The notes under the pieces were generated by a model. The model did not search any database, was not told where the DNA came from, and saw only the letters and a program-made list of their open reading frames with translations. A stretch of DNA of 64,000 bases from an uncultured Clostridia bacterium. GTDB taxonomy: Bacteria; Bacillota; Clostridia; Saccharofermentanales; Saccharofermentanaceae. The stretch is from the NCBI GenBank assembly GCA_947302815.1, contig CAMYWO010000001.1, forward strand, positions 42,637 to 106,636, given 5' to 3'. Position numbers and translations under genes: made by a program. Shown here in pieces: positions 53,120-62,685 of the stretch (positions within the stretch are counted from its first letter, which is position 1; every line of letters starts with the position of its first letter).

Positions 53120-55155
53120 GTCAAACAGAAAAAAGACCAAAACGGTCATTTAGCGGACTGCCGTTCTATCTCGTATTGATCGTGATCCTGATCGTGGCGT
53201 CCTACTTCTTCCTGAACGGTGATTCGGGAAAGAGTACTTCCCTTTCGGAAGCGCTGAATATCATCCAGAGCAAGGATACTGTTGCGGAAGACGTTGTCCT
53301 CAACGGCAATACGCTTTCGTTCAAGTATATGGATGCAGAGACCGGCAAGAAGAAGGAAGTCAGTAAGAAAGTTCCGTATGATTCGCAGGATCATGTACTG
53401 CAGATCCTCATGGATGCGGAGAAGGACGGCGCGATCGAATCTTTCGAGTATAAGCAGCCGACTGATGTATCGGCCATTATGTCCGGTATCATGATCGTAC
53501 TGATGATCGCCGCGATGATTTTTATCGTCTGGATCAATTTCTCCAGAAACCAGGGCGAAGGCAGATCCGCCATGAACTTCGGACGAAGCAAGGCGAAGCT
53601 CCATGACCCGTCCAAGAACAAGGTCAACTTCGCAGATGTTGCCGGTGCCGATGAAGAAAAAGAAGAACTTGCGGAAGTTGTTGACTTCCTGAAGAATCCG
53701 AAGAAGTATTCCGCACTTGGTGCGAAGATCCCGAAGGGTATCCTCCTTCACGGTGCCCCGGGTACAGGTAAGACATTGCTGGCCAAGGCTGTAGCCGGTG
53801 AAGCGGGTGTTCCGTTCTTCAGCATTTCCGGTTCCGACTTCGTAGAGATGTTCGTCGGTGTCGGTGCCAGCCGTGTTAGAGACCTCTTCGACAGTGCCAA
53901 GAAGAATTCTCCGTGTATCGTATTCATCGATGAGATCGATGCTGTCGGCCGTCACCGTGGTGCCGGAATGGGCGGCGGTCACGATGAGCGTGAGCAGACC
54001 CTTAACCAGTTGCTCGTTGAGATGGACGGTTTCGGTCCGAACGAGGGCGTTATCGTAATTGCAGCGACCAACCGTGTCGATATCCTTGACCCGGCACTTC
54101 TCCGTCCGGGACGTTTTGACCGCCGTGTATCGGTAGCCCGTCCTGACATCAAGGGCCGTGCAGATATCCTGAAAGTACATGCGAAGAATAAGCCGTTCGA
54201 GGACGATGTTGATCTTAAGGAAATCGCTAAGATCACTCCCGGTTACACAGGTGCCGATCTTGCTAACCTTCTGAACGAAGCAGCTCTCCTTGCAGCAAGA
54301 AGAAATGCGAAGAAGATCAGCAAGGCGGATGTTTCCGAGGCTGTATTCAAGGTAATGGTCGGTCCTGAGAAGAAGAGCCGTGTCATCACCGACAAGGAGA
54401 AGCGCCTGACCGCTTTCCACGAAGCAGGACATGCGATCGTACTTCGTACTGTATCCGAGACAGAGCACGTCGAGCGTGTTTCCATCATCCCTGCAGGCGG
54501 TGCCGGCGGTTATACCGCGCACAAGCCGGATGAGGATATCTATTACACCACAAAGAAACAGTTGATCGATTCGATCATGATCTCCCTCGGCGGACGTGCC
54601 GCAGAACAGATCATCCTCGGCGAGATCAGCACAGGTGCTTCTTCCGACCTGCAGCACTGCAACGGCATTGCACGTGAGATGATCACCCGCTACGGTATGT
54701 CCGAGAAGTTCCCGAACGTGGTCTTCGACGATGACGATGAAGTATTCATCGGTAAGAGTTACGGTCACACACGTGTTTACAGTGAGCAGTCTGCGGCTGC
54801 GATCGACGAAGAAATCGCACGCATCATTGACAAGGCTTATAACGATGTACTTGATCTTCTTAATGAGAAGATGGTTATCCTCAATGCAGTGGCTAACCGA
54901 CTCCTCGAGAAAGAGAAGATCGAAGGACCCGAGTTCGAACAGATCTATGTCAGCGGCGGTGTGATCCCTGCTTCTGAAGAGACTCCTGCTGAGGAAGAAA
55001 AAACTTCTGTAAGTGAAGAAGAGAATGCTTCCGAGAATGCAGCTCAGACCACGGAAGAAAAGATCGAAGAGACATCGGAGATCGAGAAAGCCGTTGAGGA
55101 GCTTGAGAAGAGAGCAGAGACTTCCGAAACAGAGGAGAAGAAAGACGATCAGTAA
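53116..55155 (+). CDS. ftsH: ATP-dependent zinc metalloprotease FtsH
   Basis: ATGA overlap with hpt. Two TM helices; [18 protein letters not shown]; [10 protein letters not shown]; zinc site HEAGHAI; acidic tail. Confidence 0.96.
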   Translation: MSQTEKRPKRSFSGLPFYLVLIVILIVASYFFLNGDSGKSTSLSEALNIIQSKDTVAEDVVLNGNTLSFKYMDAETGKKKEVSKKVPYDSQDHVLQILMDAEKDGAIESFEYKQPTDVSAIMSGIMIVLMIAAMIFIVWINFSRNQGEGRSAMNFGRSKAKLHDPSKNKVNFADVAGADEEKEELAEVVDFLKNPKKYSALGAKIPKGILLHGAPGTGKTLLAKAVAGEAGVPFFSISGSDFVEMFVGVGASRVRDLFDSAKKNSPCIVFIDEIDAVGRHRGAGMGGGHDEREQTLNQLLVEMDGFGPNEGVIVIAATNRVDILDPALLRPGRFDRRVSVARPDIKGRADILKVHAKNKPFEDDVDLKEIAKITPGYTGADLANLLNEAALLAARRNAKKISKADVSEAVFKVMVGPEKKSRVITDKEKRLTAFHEAGHAIVLRTVSETEHVERVSIIPAGGAGGYTAHKPDEDIYYTTKKQLIDSIMISLGGRAAEQIILGEISTGASSDLQHCNGIAREMITRYGMSEKFPNVVFDDDDEVFIGKSYGHTRVYSEQSAAAIDEEIARIIDKAYNDVLDLLNEKMVILNAVANRLLEKEKIEGPEFEQIYVSGGVIPASEETPAEEEKTSVSEEENASENAAQTTEEKIEETSEIEKAVEELEKRAETSETEEKKDDQ

Positions 55156-55185
55156 TCTGATCAGTTAATTGAATCGAATATGAAG

Positions 55186-55219
55186 GAGCTTGTCTCATCA
55201 GTGAGGCAAGCTCTTTTTT
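55186..55219 (+). terminator. Strong Rho-independent terminator after ftsH
   Basis: GAGCTTGTCTCA (55186-55197) pairs with TGAGGCAAGCTC (55202-55213); loop TCAG, then TTTTTT. Confidence 0.85.
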
Positions 55220-55246
55220 GCTGTGAAAACAGGCGGGAGGGGACCA

Positions 55247-55510
55247 ATTGATATAAGAATGAGATTTCGCATAGTTTTATATCAATGAAAGCAGGCTCTG
55301 ATTGATATAAGAAGGCCTCAATTGACTGTTTTATATCAATTTTGAGAGGTAAATGGAGTCGGGCATTGATATAAAACTATATGTACAAGTGCTTTTATAT
55401 CAATGAAAGGTCTGAAAATTGATATAAAAGCACTATTTCCCGCGAGTTTATATCAATCGGCCTCCAAATCATTGATATAAAATAACGGCTTTTTCCTGTT
55501 TTATATCAAT
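55247..55510. repeat. Array of five 40-bp units, each ATTGATATAA-N20-TTATATCAAT (ten alternating half-sites)
   Basis: Units at 55247-55286, 55301-55340, 55365-55404, 55418-55457 and 55471-55510. Arms are invariant, spacers unrelated. No ORF. Confidence 0.9.
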
Positions 55511-55537
55511 CTGCTGATTGGATGCTGATTAGCGGCC

Positions 55538-55579
55538 AAAATGAATAAACCCGGATGGAAGATGCCTCCCATCCGGGTT
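55538..55579 (-). terminator. Rho-independent terminator of the convergent lipoprotein gene
   Basis: AACCCGGATGG (55548-55558) pairs with CCATCCGGGTT (55569-55579). On the minus strand it is followed by TTATTCATTTT. Confidence 0.7.
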
Positions 55580-55616
55580 AACAATTTGTATTTGTCTTCA
55601 ACCTGATGCGCGGGGA

Positions 55617-57350
55617 TCAGCCTGCGTATCTCAGTCCGTAGAATGCTTCGTTCTGATCCTGGGCTCCGATTACGAGATGGTTCCCTTCATTAGAAGCGAA
55701 GAGCTCGACCTCGGTGTTCTTTGTTTCGTCTTCGCCGAGGACCATCAGGCGGATGCGCTTTCCTTCGAGATCCAGACCTGTGCAGTAGCAGGCGGAACCG
55801 GCCTTGATTGTGTACATGCCGATCTGGTGGCCTTCCTTATCGATCTCGTTGCAGGAGATGTCTACCTTGGCAAATCCGATACCGAACTTGGATCCGAATG
55901 CATCTATAACGATCGGAAGTCCGCCGTGACTGATCACGGAGCAATTGTAGGAAACCATTCCCGTGCCGAAGAGGTCGGTAAGATGTGAAACCTTGAAGTT
56001 GTCCGGGTCGTAGCAGGATTCATTTCCGAGGTTGCCGATGAAATAGTTTACATAGGTAAAAGCACTGCCGTTGAAGTTGAATACATAGACGTAAGAATCA
56101 GCTTCCTCCGGGCTGAGCTCGATATATGCATAGAAGCCGGAATCGGTCTTCATGAGCTTCATGCCTACAAAGTACAGACCGCCGTCAACCTCACCGATAT
56201 CGTTTGACGGAACCGGAGTCTTGGATGTGCCATCCAGAACGAGGTTCATATTGATGATGTTGCTGTATTCATCTTTTTCGAATTCTGGATAGATCTCTTC
56301 CATCTTTCCGTCGCCGTTGAGATCCCATGTGATACGGCTGTAGTTGTCACTGGAGAGTGTGTAGTATTTCGGTGTAGCACCGAAGTAGGAAAGATCCAGA
56401 TAATCACCGCAGTACATGGCTGGGATCTTAATGATTTCAGCATAGTAACTGTTTGTTTCGGCGCTGACCAGATAGATCGCGTCATAACCGAGAAGGAATT
56501 CTACATCTGCATTCTCGTTTTTAAGCAGTTCTGCGATCTTCTTTGCACTGTCACCAATATAATCGTATGCATCGGAATTTGTGACGTACTCGACGATGAA
56601 ATCCGCAAATCCGGCTCTGTTAGTTACAACGTCATTGATGTTCAGCGGGCAGCCGTCCGGGGTACGGTAGTTGAATGTCTTGATCGAGCCGTTATCTACA
56701 GCAGAATCGGTATAATTCTGTGTCATGTAGTAGCTCAGGTATTTCGAGTCGGCACGGAAAATGTGAGTGCGGCTTTCCATGAAATAGTCTTTAGTAAGAG
56801 TACCGCTTTCACTGTTCTTGATAAAGATCGGACGCTGTGTGTCGAATGCGTCGTTGTAAGAAGAATCCAGAGATTCTCCGTTTCCCTGTACACTGTTCCA
56901 GAGCTGCTCGTAACCCTCAATGGTATTCGGGAAGAAGTCGAACTTATCGACGGACTTGTAGATGCAGTGTGCCGGGGCACTCTGATCCTGAGAATCGCCC
57001 GTAATGGCAACTCTTGGCTCAGAGATCATAAAGAACTGCAGATTCTCCGCATCGCCCTCAGTGATCTTAAAGTCAGAAGAGACGGAATAATCCTTTGGTC
57101 TCTTGGGAGCGGTAAGATCTCTGACAGAAGGACCTTTGGTCTCAGAAGATTCTTCCGTTTCGGAAGAAGTTGCCGAAGTTTCTGATTCGGTCTCGGACTC
57201 AGACTCGGATTCAGATGAAGCTTCTGTTTCGGATACTTCTGTTGTCGAAGACTCTGCCTCCTCCGTAGTGGTTTCCTCACTCTTTTTCTTGCATCCGGCG
57301 ATCGCCGTGATCATGGAAAGAGTGAGAAGAATGGCAATCATTTTTTTCAT
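55617..57350 (-). CDS. Lipoprotein, paralog A (S/E/T-rich linker, DUF3298/RsiV-like segment, DxNGDG calcium-type loop)
   Basis: Lipobox TAIAGC. FRADSKYLSYYM...FNYRTPDGCPLNINDVV; ITWDLNGDGKMEE. Clear homology to the next gene. Confidence 0.75.
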   Translation of the reverse strand: MKKMIAILLTLSMITAIAGCKKKSEETTTEEAESSTTEVSETEASSESESESETESETSATSSETEESSETKGPSVRDLTAPKRPKDYSVSSDFKITEGDAENLQFFMISEPRVAITGDSQDQSAPAHCIYKSVDKFDFFPNTIEGYEQLWNSVQGNGESLDSSYNDAFDTQRPIFIKNSESGTLTKDYFMESRTHIFRADSKYLSYYMTQNYTDSAVDNGSIKTFNYRTPDGCPLNINDVVTNRAGFADFIVEYVTNSDAYDYIGDSAKKIAELLKNENADVEFLLGYDAIYLVSAETNSYYAEIIKIPAMYCGDYLDLSYFGATPKYYTLSSDNYSRITWDLNGDGKMEEIYPEFEKDEYSNIINMNLVLDGTSKTPVPSNDIGEVDGGLYFVGMKLMKTDSGFYAYIELSPEEADSYVYVFNFNGSAFTYVNYFIGNLGNESCYDPDNFKVSHLTDLFGTGMVSYNCSVISHGGLPIVIDAFGSKFGIGFAKVDISCNEIDKEGHQIGMYTIKAGSACYCTGLDLEGKRIRLMVLGEDETKNTEVELFASNEGNHLVIGAQDQNEAFYGLRYAG

Positions 57351-57414
57351 AAAAGTTCCTCCTTTTGATACTTCTATTTACTTGCCTGTCTGTATGTTAT
57401 CACGTGTTACTTAA

Positions 57415-59070
57415 TTATCCCCAGAACATGATGGAGTAGAATACATCCTCAAGATCCTTGCCGTTTACGGTCAGGTTATAACTGGCATCTTTTTCGAATG
57501 CAATTTCAGCGTAGAATGTGTCATTCGGATTGCCGTTTTCAACGGCAACGATCAGACGATGAGTCTGGACATTGTAAAGGTACGCACGGACAAAAGAACC
57601 TTCCTTGATGGTTGTGTCTTCCACCTTGGTGTAATCGATCTCGCTGACCTTGGCGCAGGGAATATCGATCTTGGCGGTTACCGGTCCGCCGTCGGAAGTC
57701 CAAAGGTCATACTTGAACATTGGCAGGCCGTTGGTTCCGATTACGGAGAAGGCATTGGTATAGTACTTCGTGCCGAGAGTATCGCAGATGTCTCTCATCT
57801 CGAAGTCTTCCGGATTGACAAAGGTTCTGGAACACATGAAGTCCTCGAACTTTCCGACATAGGTGAGCCCACGCCTTTCGATTTTAAAGACATAAGTATC
57901 TTCGAAAGAATCGATGGAAAGCATGCGGGCATAATAGTAGAAACCGGTATCTGTCTTCATGACCATCGACGGCAGCATACTGTGACCGGTGATCGTGATA
58001 CCGGCGGTTTTGGAATTGAAATTTAACCCGTTGTAGTTGATGTCCAGGATAAACTCATCCGAACCGTAATCACCGGTTCCCTCGGAATAGGTAACCTCTG
58101 ACTTGATCGAATCCATATCTCCATCGAGGTTGACATCCCAGATGATCTCGCTGTTTGCATCGTCGAAGATGGTATAGTACTTCGGAGTCTTGCCGAAGTA
58201 CTCCATGTTGAAGATATCTTCATGACCGATGACCGGGATCTTATATACTTCATAGTTGATTACGCCGTAGGAGGTCTTTAAGAAGTTAATGGCATCGTAG
58301 CTCATCGTGAAAACGAATGAACCGTCGGTAATGCTGTTCTCGATTCCTGTCAGCCAGGATTTGTATTCCGCATCTGCACCCGGGAGATTAAAGAGCATGT
58401 CAACATAACCTGCCAGCGCGCTCTTGTCCAGCACGACATCGTCCAGAGTGATCGGACTGCCGTCCGAAGAAAGGTAGTTAAATGCGCGGAATTCGTTTTC
58501 CTTCTGATCGGCGAAGGAGGTTACCGCGAATGAGAAGACCTGTGAGTCGGATCGGAAAAGTGCCGTTTTGAAATCATATTCATTGTTATCAACAGCTTTT
58601 CCATCCCCGGCATCTTTCAGAAAAGCCTCCCCGGCGGTTTTGTACTTATCGCTTGTGGCGTTCATCAGTGCCGATGTGTCATTCGCGATAGCGGTCTGGA
58701 GTTTGTCGTATGGAGATCCGTCTTCAAAGAAGAGCTGGTCTATGGAAAGACGGAGATAGTTAGTCTGCTCATCTGCCGCACTGAAGGCGGAGGTGAAGTC
58801 CCAGTACTCGATAGGATAATTCAGCCCGAGTGTCTCGAGAGAATGATCTACAACGAACACGTTCTCAGGAGCAGTTGTCTCCGTTGTGGTGGGATCGGTA
58901 TCTTCAGAAGAGGATTCAGAAGTTTCTGTTTCGGAATCGGAAGGATCTTCCGTTTCCTCTGTGGTGACCTTTGGCTTCTTCGTCTTCTTTGTTTCCTCTG
59001 TCGACTTTGAACAGCCGGCCAGAGAAAGGATCACTGAACCGCATAAGAGAAAGGAAACAATTCGTTTCAT
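57415..59070 (-). CDS. Lipoprotein, paralog B
   Basis: Start at MKRIVSF (RBS GAGGGGTG); lipobox LSLAGC. FRSDSQVFSF...FNYLSSDGSPITLDDVV; IIWDVNLDGDMDS; VMKTDTGFYYY. Confidence 0.75.
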   Translation of the reverse strand: MKRIVSFLLCGSVILSLAGCSKSTEETKKTKKPKVTTEETEDPSDSETETSESSSEDTDPTTTETTAPENVFVVDHSLETLGLNYPIEYWDFTSAFSAADEQTNYLRLSIDQLFFEDGSPYDKLQTAIANDTSALMNATSDKYKTAGEAFLKDAGDGKAVDNNEYDFKTALFRSDSQVFSFAVTSFADQKENEFRAFNYLSSDGSPITLDDVVLDKSALAGYVDMLFNLPGADAEYKSWLTGIENSITDGSFVFTMSYDAINFLKTSYGVINYEVYKIPVIGHEDIFNMEYFGKTPKYYTIFDDANSEIIWDVNLDGDMDSIKSEVTYSEGTGDYGSDEFILDINYNGLNFNSKTAGITITGHSMLPSMVMKTDTGFYYYARMLSIDSFEDTYVFKIERRGLTYVGKFEDFMCSRTFVNPEDFEMRDICDTLGTKYYTNAFSVIGTNGLPMFKYDLWTSDGGPVTAKIDIPCAKVSEIDYTKVEDTTIKEGSFVRAYLYNVQTHRLIVAVENGNPNDTFYAEIAFEKDASYNLTVNGKDLEDVFYSIMFWG

Positions 59071-59116
59071 AATATGCACCCCTCGTTTGTCATTTTTACT
59101 TTACATAATTATACAC

Positions 59117-59143
59117 AAAAAAAGACCGGATACTGATCCGGCC
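59117..59143 (-). terminator. Rho-independent terminator after spoVG
   Basis: On the minus strand: GGCCGGAT, loop cagt, ATCCGGTC, then TTTTTTT. Confidence 0.7.
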
Positions 59144-59177
59144 GTATTTGTTGAAAAGCACTAATTTCTGAGGTGTT

Positions 59178-59480
59178 TCAGTACTGTTCGCGTGTGGGGA
59201 TGTCCGCTACCTGCTGTGACAGCTGGTCAATGGCTTCCTTATACTTGGCAAGGACCTGTGCGGAGATCTGATCGCGGAACTGGGAATTGATCGGGTGAAC
59301 GATATCCTTATACTCTCCCTCGGGAGTACGGCGGCTGGGCATCGCGATAAACAGCCCGTTGTTGCCCTCGACGACCTTAACATCATGGACAACAAACTGG
59401 TGATCGAAGGTGATGGAAACGATGGCCTTCATCTTACTCTCTAAAGATAGTCTGCGAATGACAATGTCCGAAATTTCCAT
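59178..59480 (-). CDS. spoVG: Septation protein SpoVG
   Basis: Start [11 protein letters not shown] (RBS AGGAGG). [48 protein letters not shown]. Confidence 0.92.
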   Translation of the reverse strand: MEISDIVIRRLSLESKMKAIVSITFDHQFVVHDVKVVEGNNGLFIAMPSRRTPEGEYKDIVHPINSQFRDQISAQVLAKYKEAIDQLSQQVADIPTREQY

Positions 59481-59664
59481 GTCTGCCTCCTGATAATACA
59501 CCCTATATACCCGTTATTTTGTAGGATATCACATTTTTGTAGGATATTCATCATATATTGTCGAAAAAAGGGTATAATAGGAAGGAAAATGCGTCCGCAT
59601 TTCACCATGGTATCTTTATTTTTTAAGGAATTACCGAATAACCGGTTAATTGGAGAGAAATAGT

Positions 59665-61110
59665 ATGGCAGAAGGTATGAGAGACTTGCCCTCCGGCAAG
59701 CGTGTTTTTTTTGTCGGAATCGGCGGTATCAGCATGAGCGGTCTGGCCCGCATCGCATGTAATTACGGATTGATCGTCGGCGGATCAGATATGCATCCGT
59801 CGGAGCGTACACGTGAACTCGAGGGAATCGGCGTCAAGGTGTACGGTCATCACAGTGAAGAAAATATTAAGGAGTTTGCTCCGGACATCGTCGTACATAC
59901 TGCGGCGATCCTTCCCGGCAACCCTGAACTGGACTATTCCAGAAAGAACGGACTTACGGTCATGGAGAGATCTGTGTTCTTAGGTCTGATCACCAGAAAC
60001 TTCGCAAACGTGATCAATATCTCCGGAACTCACGGCAAGACCACCACCACTTCGATGGTCTCCCTGATTCTTCTGGAAAGTGGCGCGAATCCGACCGTGC
60101 ATCTCGGTGCGGAACTCGATGCTTTTGGCGGAAGTGTGTATCTCGGTTCCAAGGACCAGCTTCTTGTATCGGAAGCGTGTGAGTATCACAGATCGTTCCT
60201 GGAGTTTTACTCCACCATCGCAGCGATCACAAATATCGACTATGACCATGTTGACTGCTACGGCAGCATCGATGAAGTTATCGATGTATTTGCCGAGTTT
60301 ACCGAGAAGCTTTCTCCGGAGGGAACGCTCGTTATTCCTGCCGGTGACAAGAATGTGCAGGAGTGTGTGAAGCGTATCCCGGCATGCCGTGCGAAGGTCG
60401 GCATGGAAGAGCCCAGGATCCTGACGACAGGACTTGAGGGAGAGGGCTTCGGTTTCTTCAAGAGAGAACCGGATTTCTGCGCAGTGAATATCGAGTATAA
60501 AGATGGTAAGGCGGGATTTGATGTCCTCTTCAAGGGACGCCCGTACACACACATCCAGCTCGCGATCCCGGGCACACATAATGTGTACAATGCGCTGACG
60601 GCAATCGCGTGTGCTTCTCTTGCAGGAGGTACTGCTCAGGCCGCTGCAAAAGCACTGTCCTCCTTTACCGGGGCTGAGGGCCGTTTCACGATCAAGGGTA
60701 CCTTCAAAGGTGCGATGGTCGTCACCGATTATGCACATCATCCGAGTGCTGCAAGAGCGACACTCGATGCGGCATCCCATGTACCACACAATAAGACCTG
60801 GGTCGTTTTCCAGCCGCTGACATTCAGCCGTACAAAAGTGCTTTTCGAGGATTATGTCACATCGCTTCTGCCGTGTGAGGACGTCTTCTTTGATGAGATC
60901 TTCTCCGACCGTGAAGTCAATCCGGGTGATATCTCCTCGAAGGATATCGCGGATGAGATCAACAGAAGAGGCGGACACGCCATCTTCTTCGAGTCGAAGG
61001 ATGCTATCGTGGAGAAACTCTCTTCTGTAGTCAACAAGGATGACATGATCCTGATCCTCGGGCCGGAGGACATCCGTGCGCTCGGTGACCGTCTGGTCAG
61101 CATGGAGTAA
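59665..61110 (+). CDS. murC: UDP-N-acetylmuramate--L-alanine ligase
   Basis: Start MAEGMRDL (RBS GGAGAG). FFVGIGGISMSGLA; ISGTHGKTTTTSM; DYAHHPS. Confidence 0.95.
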   Translation: MAEGMRDLPSGKRVFFVGIGGISMSGLARIACNYGLIVGGSDMHPSERTRELEGIGVKVYGHHSEENIKEFAPDIVVHTAAILPGNPELDYSRKNGLTVMERSVFLGLITRNFANVINISGTHGKTTTTSMVSLILLESGANPTVHLGAELDAFGGSVYLGSKDQLLVSEACEYHRSFLEFYSTIAAITNIDYDHVDCYGSIDEVIDVFAEFTEKLSPEGTLVIPAGDKNVQECVKRIPACRAKVGMEEPRILTTGLEGEGFGFFKREPDFCAVNIEYKDGKAGFDVLFKGRPYTHIQLAIPGTHNVYNALTAIACASLAGGTAQAAAKALSSFTGAEGRFTIKGTFKGAMVVTDYAHHPSAARATLDAASHVPHNKTWVVFQPLTFSRTKVLFEDYVTSLLPCEDVFFDEIFSDREVNPGDISSKDIADEINRRGGHAIFFESKDAIVEKLSSVVNKDDMILILGPEDIRALGDRLVSME

Positions 61111-61113
61111 CTG

Positions 61114-62667
61114 ATGAAGAAGACCCGACGGCTCCGCATCATCTGCGTTATTCTTCTTGCAGTGATACTGATCGTATCGTCGCTTTTTATCCTGCTCCCG
61201 AGAAGAAATGACGGATCGACGGGACGCGCGGCGCTGATGTTTGTCCATGAAGATATCATGTTCCCGCAGATGGACTACAGCCAGCTCTTCTCGCAGCTGG
61301 ATGTCTCTTCGTACTTCGTGATAGACAGTTCCTGTCCGGAAGAACAGATGCGGAAGAAGATCGACAAAGTGCTGCGTTCGGGCTCGGTTGAATCTTTGGT
61401 GCTGATCCTCGAAGGAGACTATGCAAAGTCCGGTTTTACTATCGCATCGGAAAATGAGAAGATCTCGGATCTGGTCCTGATCTGCCCGAAGATGGATGTG
61501 TCTGAATTCGGCGAGATCGGAACAAAGGATCCTTCCTGCCGTGTCGCGATATTCTCCGTGCAGAACCAGTCTGTGGATTCGCTCTATGAGAGACTGTCCG
61601 GCGAGGATACGAAGTTTACTTCAGGTACGAAGGCAAGCGGATCGGCACCGGAACTTTTCCTGTCGTCGGACGCGAAGCGTTACTATGCGAGAAAAGGTGA
61701 CAGAAGCGACCAGCAGATCGCATCTGTTCTCACGATCAACAGCCCCGTCATGCAGACATATATGGCGAACTACATTAAGAACTATGTTCTGGAAGAAGAC
61801 GGCGTCTCGAACGGCCCGCTTCTGACATGGGTCATGAAGACGGTCTGTACGATTCTGACGATCGTTGCATTCTTCCTTTATGCCGCGACACTTCCGGCGA
61901 ATAAGAAGTTTGCTCCGGTGAACGGAAAAGAACCGGGGAAAGATCCTTCGGCTCCGACTGAAGAAGGTGAGCCCGTGAAGCGTGAGCGCGGCTGTGACGG
62001 CAAGATCCGCGGACGTTCCATTGCAGATAAATACAGAAGTTCACTGAATCATCTTCTGGCGCTGCAGATATTCCTCGGCGGCATCATCAGCCTTCCGGCG
62101 ATGTATCTTGTTGCGAATAAAAAGACATCCTTTCATATTGTGCTGCTTCTATGGATCTGTGTGTCACTCCTGAGCTCGGCATTCTTCCTCCTTCCTTTTG
62201 TCCGGAAGATAAAGAACAGAAAGGTCAGATCCAACCGCTCCATGTGGCAGATCCATATGCTGTTTACAGCACTCCTTGCCGCGGTAGTATTCATGCTGAC
62301 ACTGCTGTGGAAAGGCGCCGGATTCTTAAAGCCGGACATCATGCTGCTGGTGGCGCTTCTGCTTTCTGTAATGACCGGCATGGCGATGTTCACACTGCAG
62401 CTTGCCGACAATTTCTTCGGAAGGATCCAGGGAACACGACAAAGTGTTCTTGATTCCGTAAAATTTTCCGCGATACGTTTCGTTCCGATGGTGATTGTTT
62501 TCGTTTTCTCGATTATAATAGATAGAGGACTATGTGCTATGCAGATCCTCTTGCTGGCATTATCCCTGCTGGTGGCATCGTTCATGCGCAGGATAATCAA
62601 GAGAGGCGCTCTGGGGGAGACACTGTCCGTAGTTTTATATTCATGCCTTTATTGGATGATGTTTTGA
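61114..62667 (+). CDS. Hypothetical membrane protein (N-terminal anchor, soluble domain of about 220 aa, then about 7 TM helices)
   Basis: 517 aa, beginning 3 nt after the murC stop. Hydrophobic segments are evident; no catalytic motif recognised. Confidence 0.6.
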   Translation: MKKTRRLRIICVILLAVILIVSSLFILLPRRNDGSTGRAALMFVHEDIMFPQMDYSQLFSQLDVSSYFVIDSSCPEEQMRKKIDKVLRSGSVESLVLILEGDYAKSGFTIASENEKISDLVLICPKMDVSEFGEIGTKDPSCRVAIFSVQNQSVDSLYERLSGEDTKFTSGTKASGSAPELFLSSDAKRYYARKGDRSDQQIASVLTINSPVMQTYMANYIKNYVLEEDGVSNGPLLTWVMKTVCTILTIVAFFLYAATLPANKKFAPVNGKEPGKDPSAPTEEGEPVKRERGCDGKIRGRSIADKYRSSLNHLLALQIFLGGIISLPAMYLVANKKTSFHIVLLLWICVSLLSSAFFLLPFVRKIKNRKVRSNRSMWQIHMLFTALLAAVVFMLTLLWKGAGFLKPDIMLLVALLLSVMTGMAMFTLQLADNFFGRIQGTRQSVLDSVKFSAIRFVPMVIVFVFSIIIDRGLCAMQILLLALSLLVASFMRRIIKRGALGETLSVVLYSCLYWMMF

Positions 62668-62685
62668 CCGGGGAGGATAGGGCCT

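Noticed and set aside
53146-54768. 540-aa antisense ORF across ftsH
   Set aside because: FtsH motifs on the + strand are unambiguous, so this is an antisense shadow frame.
55247-55510. Possible CRISPR array, given regularly spaced repeats with variable spacers
   Set aside because: The repeated unit is only 10 bp and alternates in orientation (inverted, not direct). Spacer lengths of 13-24 nt are too short and irregular. No cas gene or leader occurs anywhere in the window.
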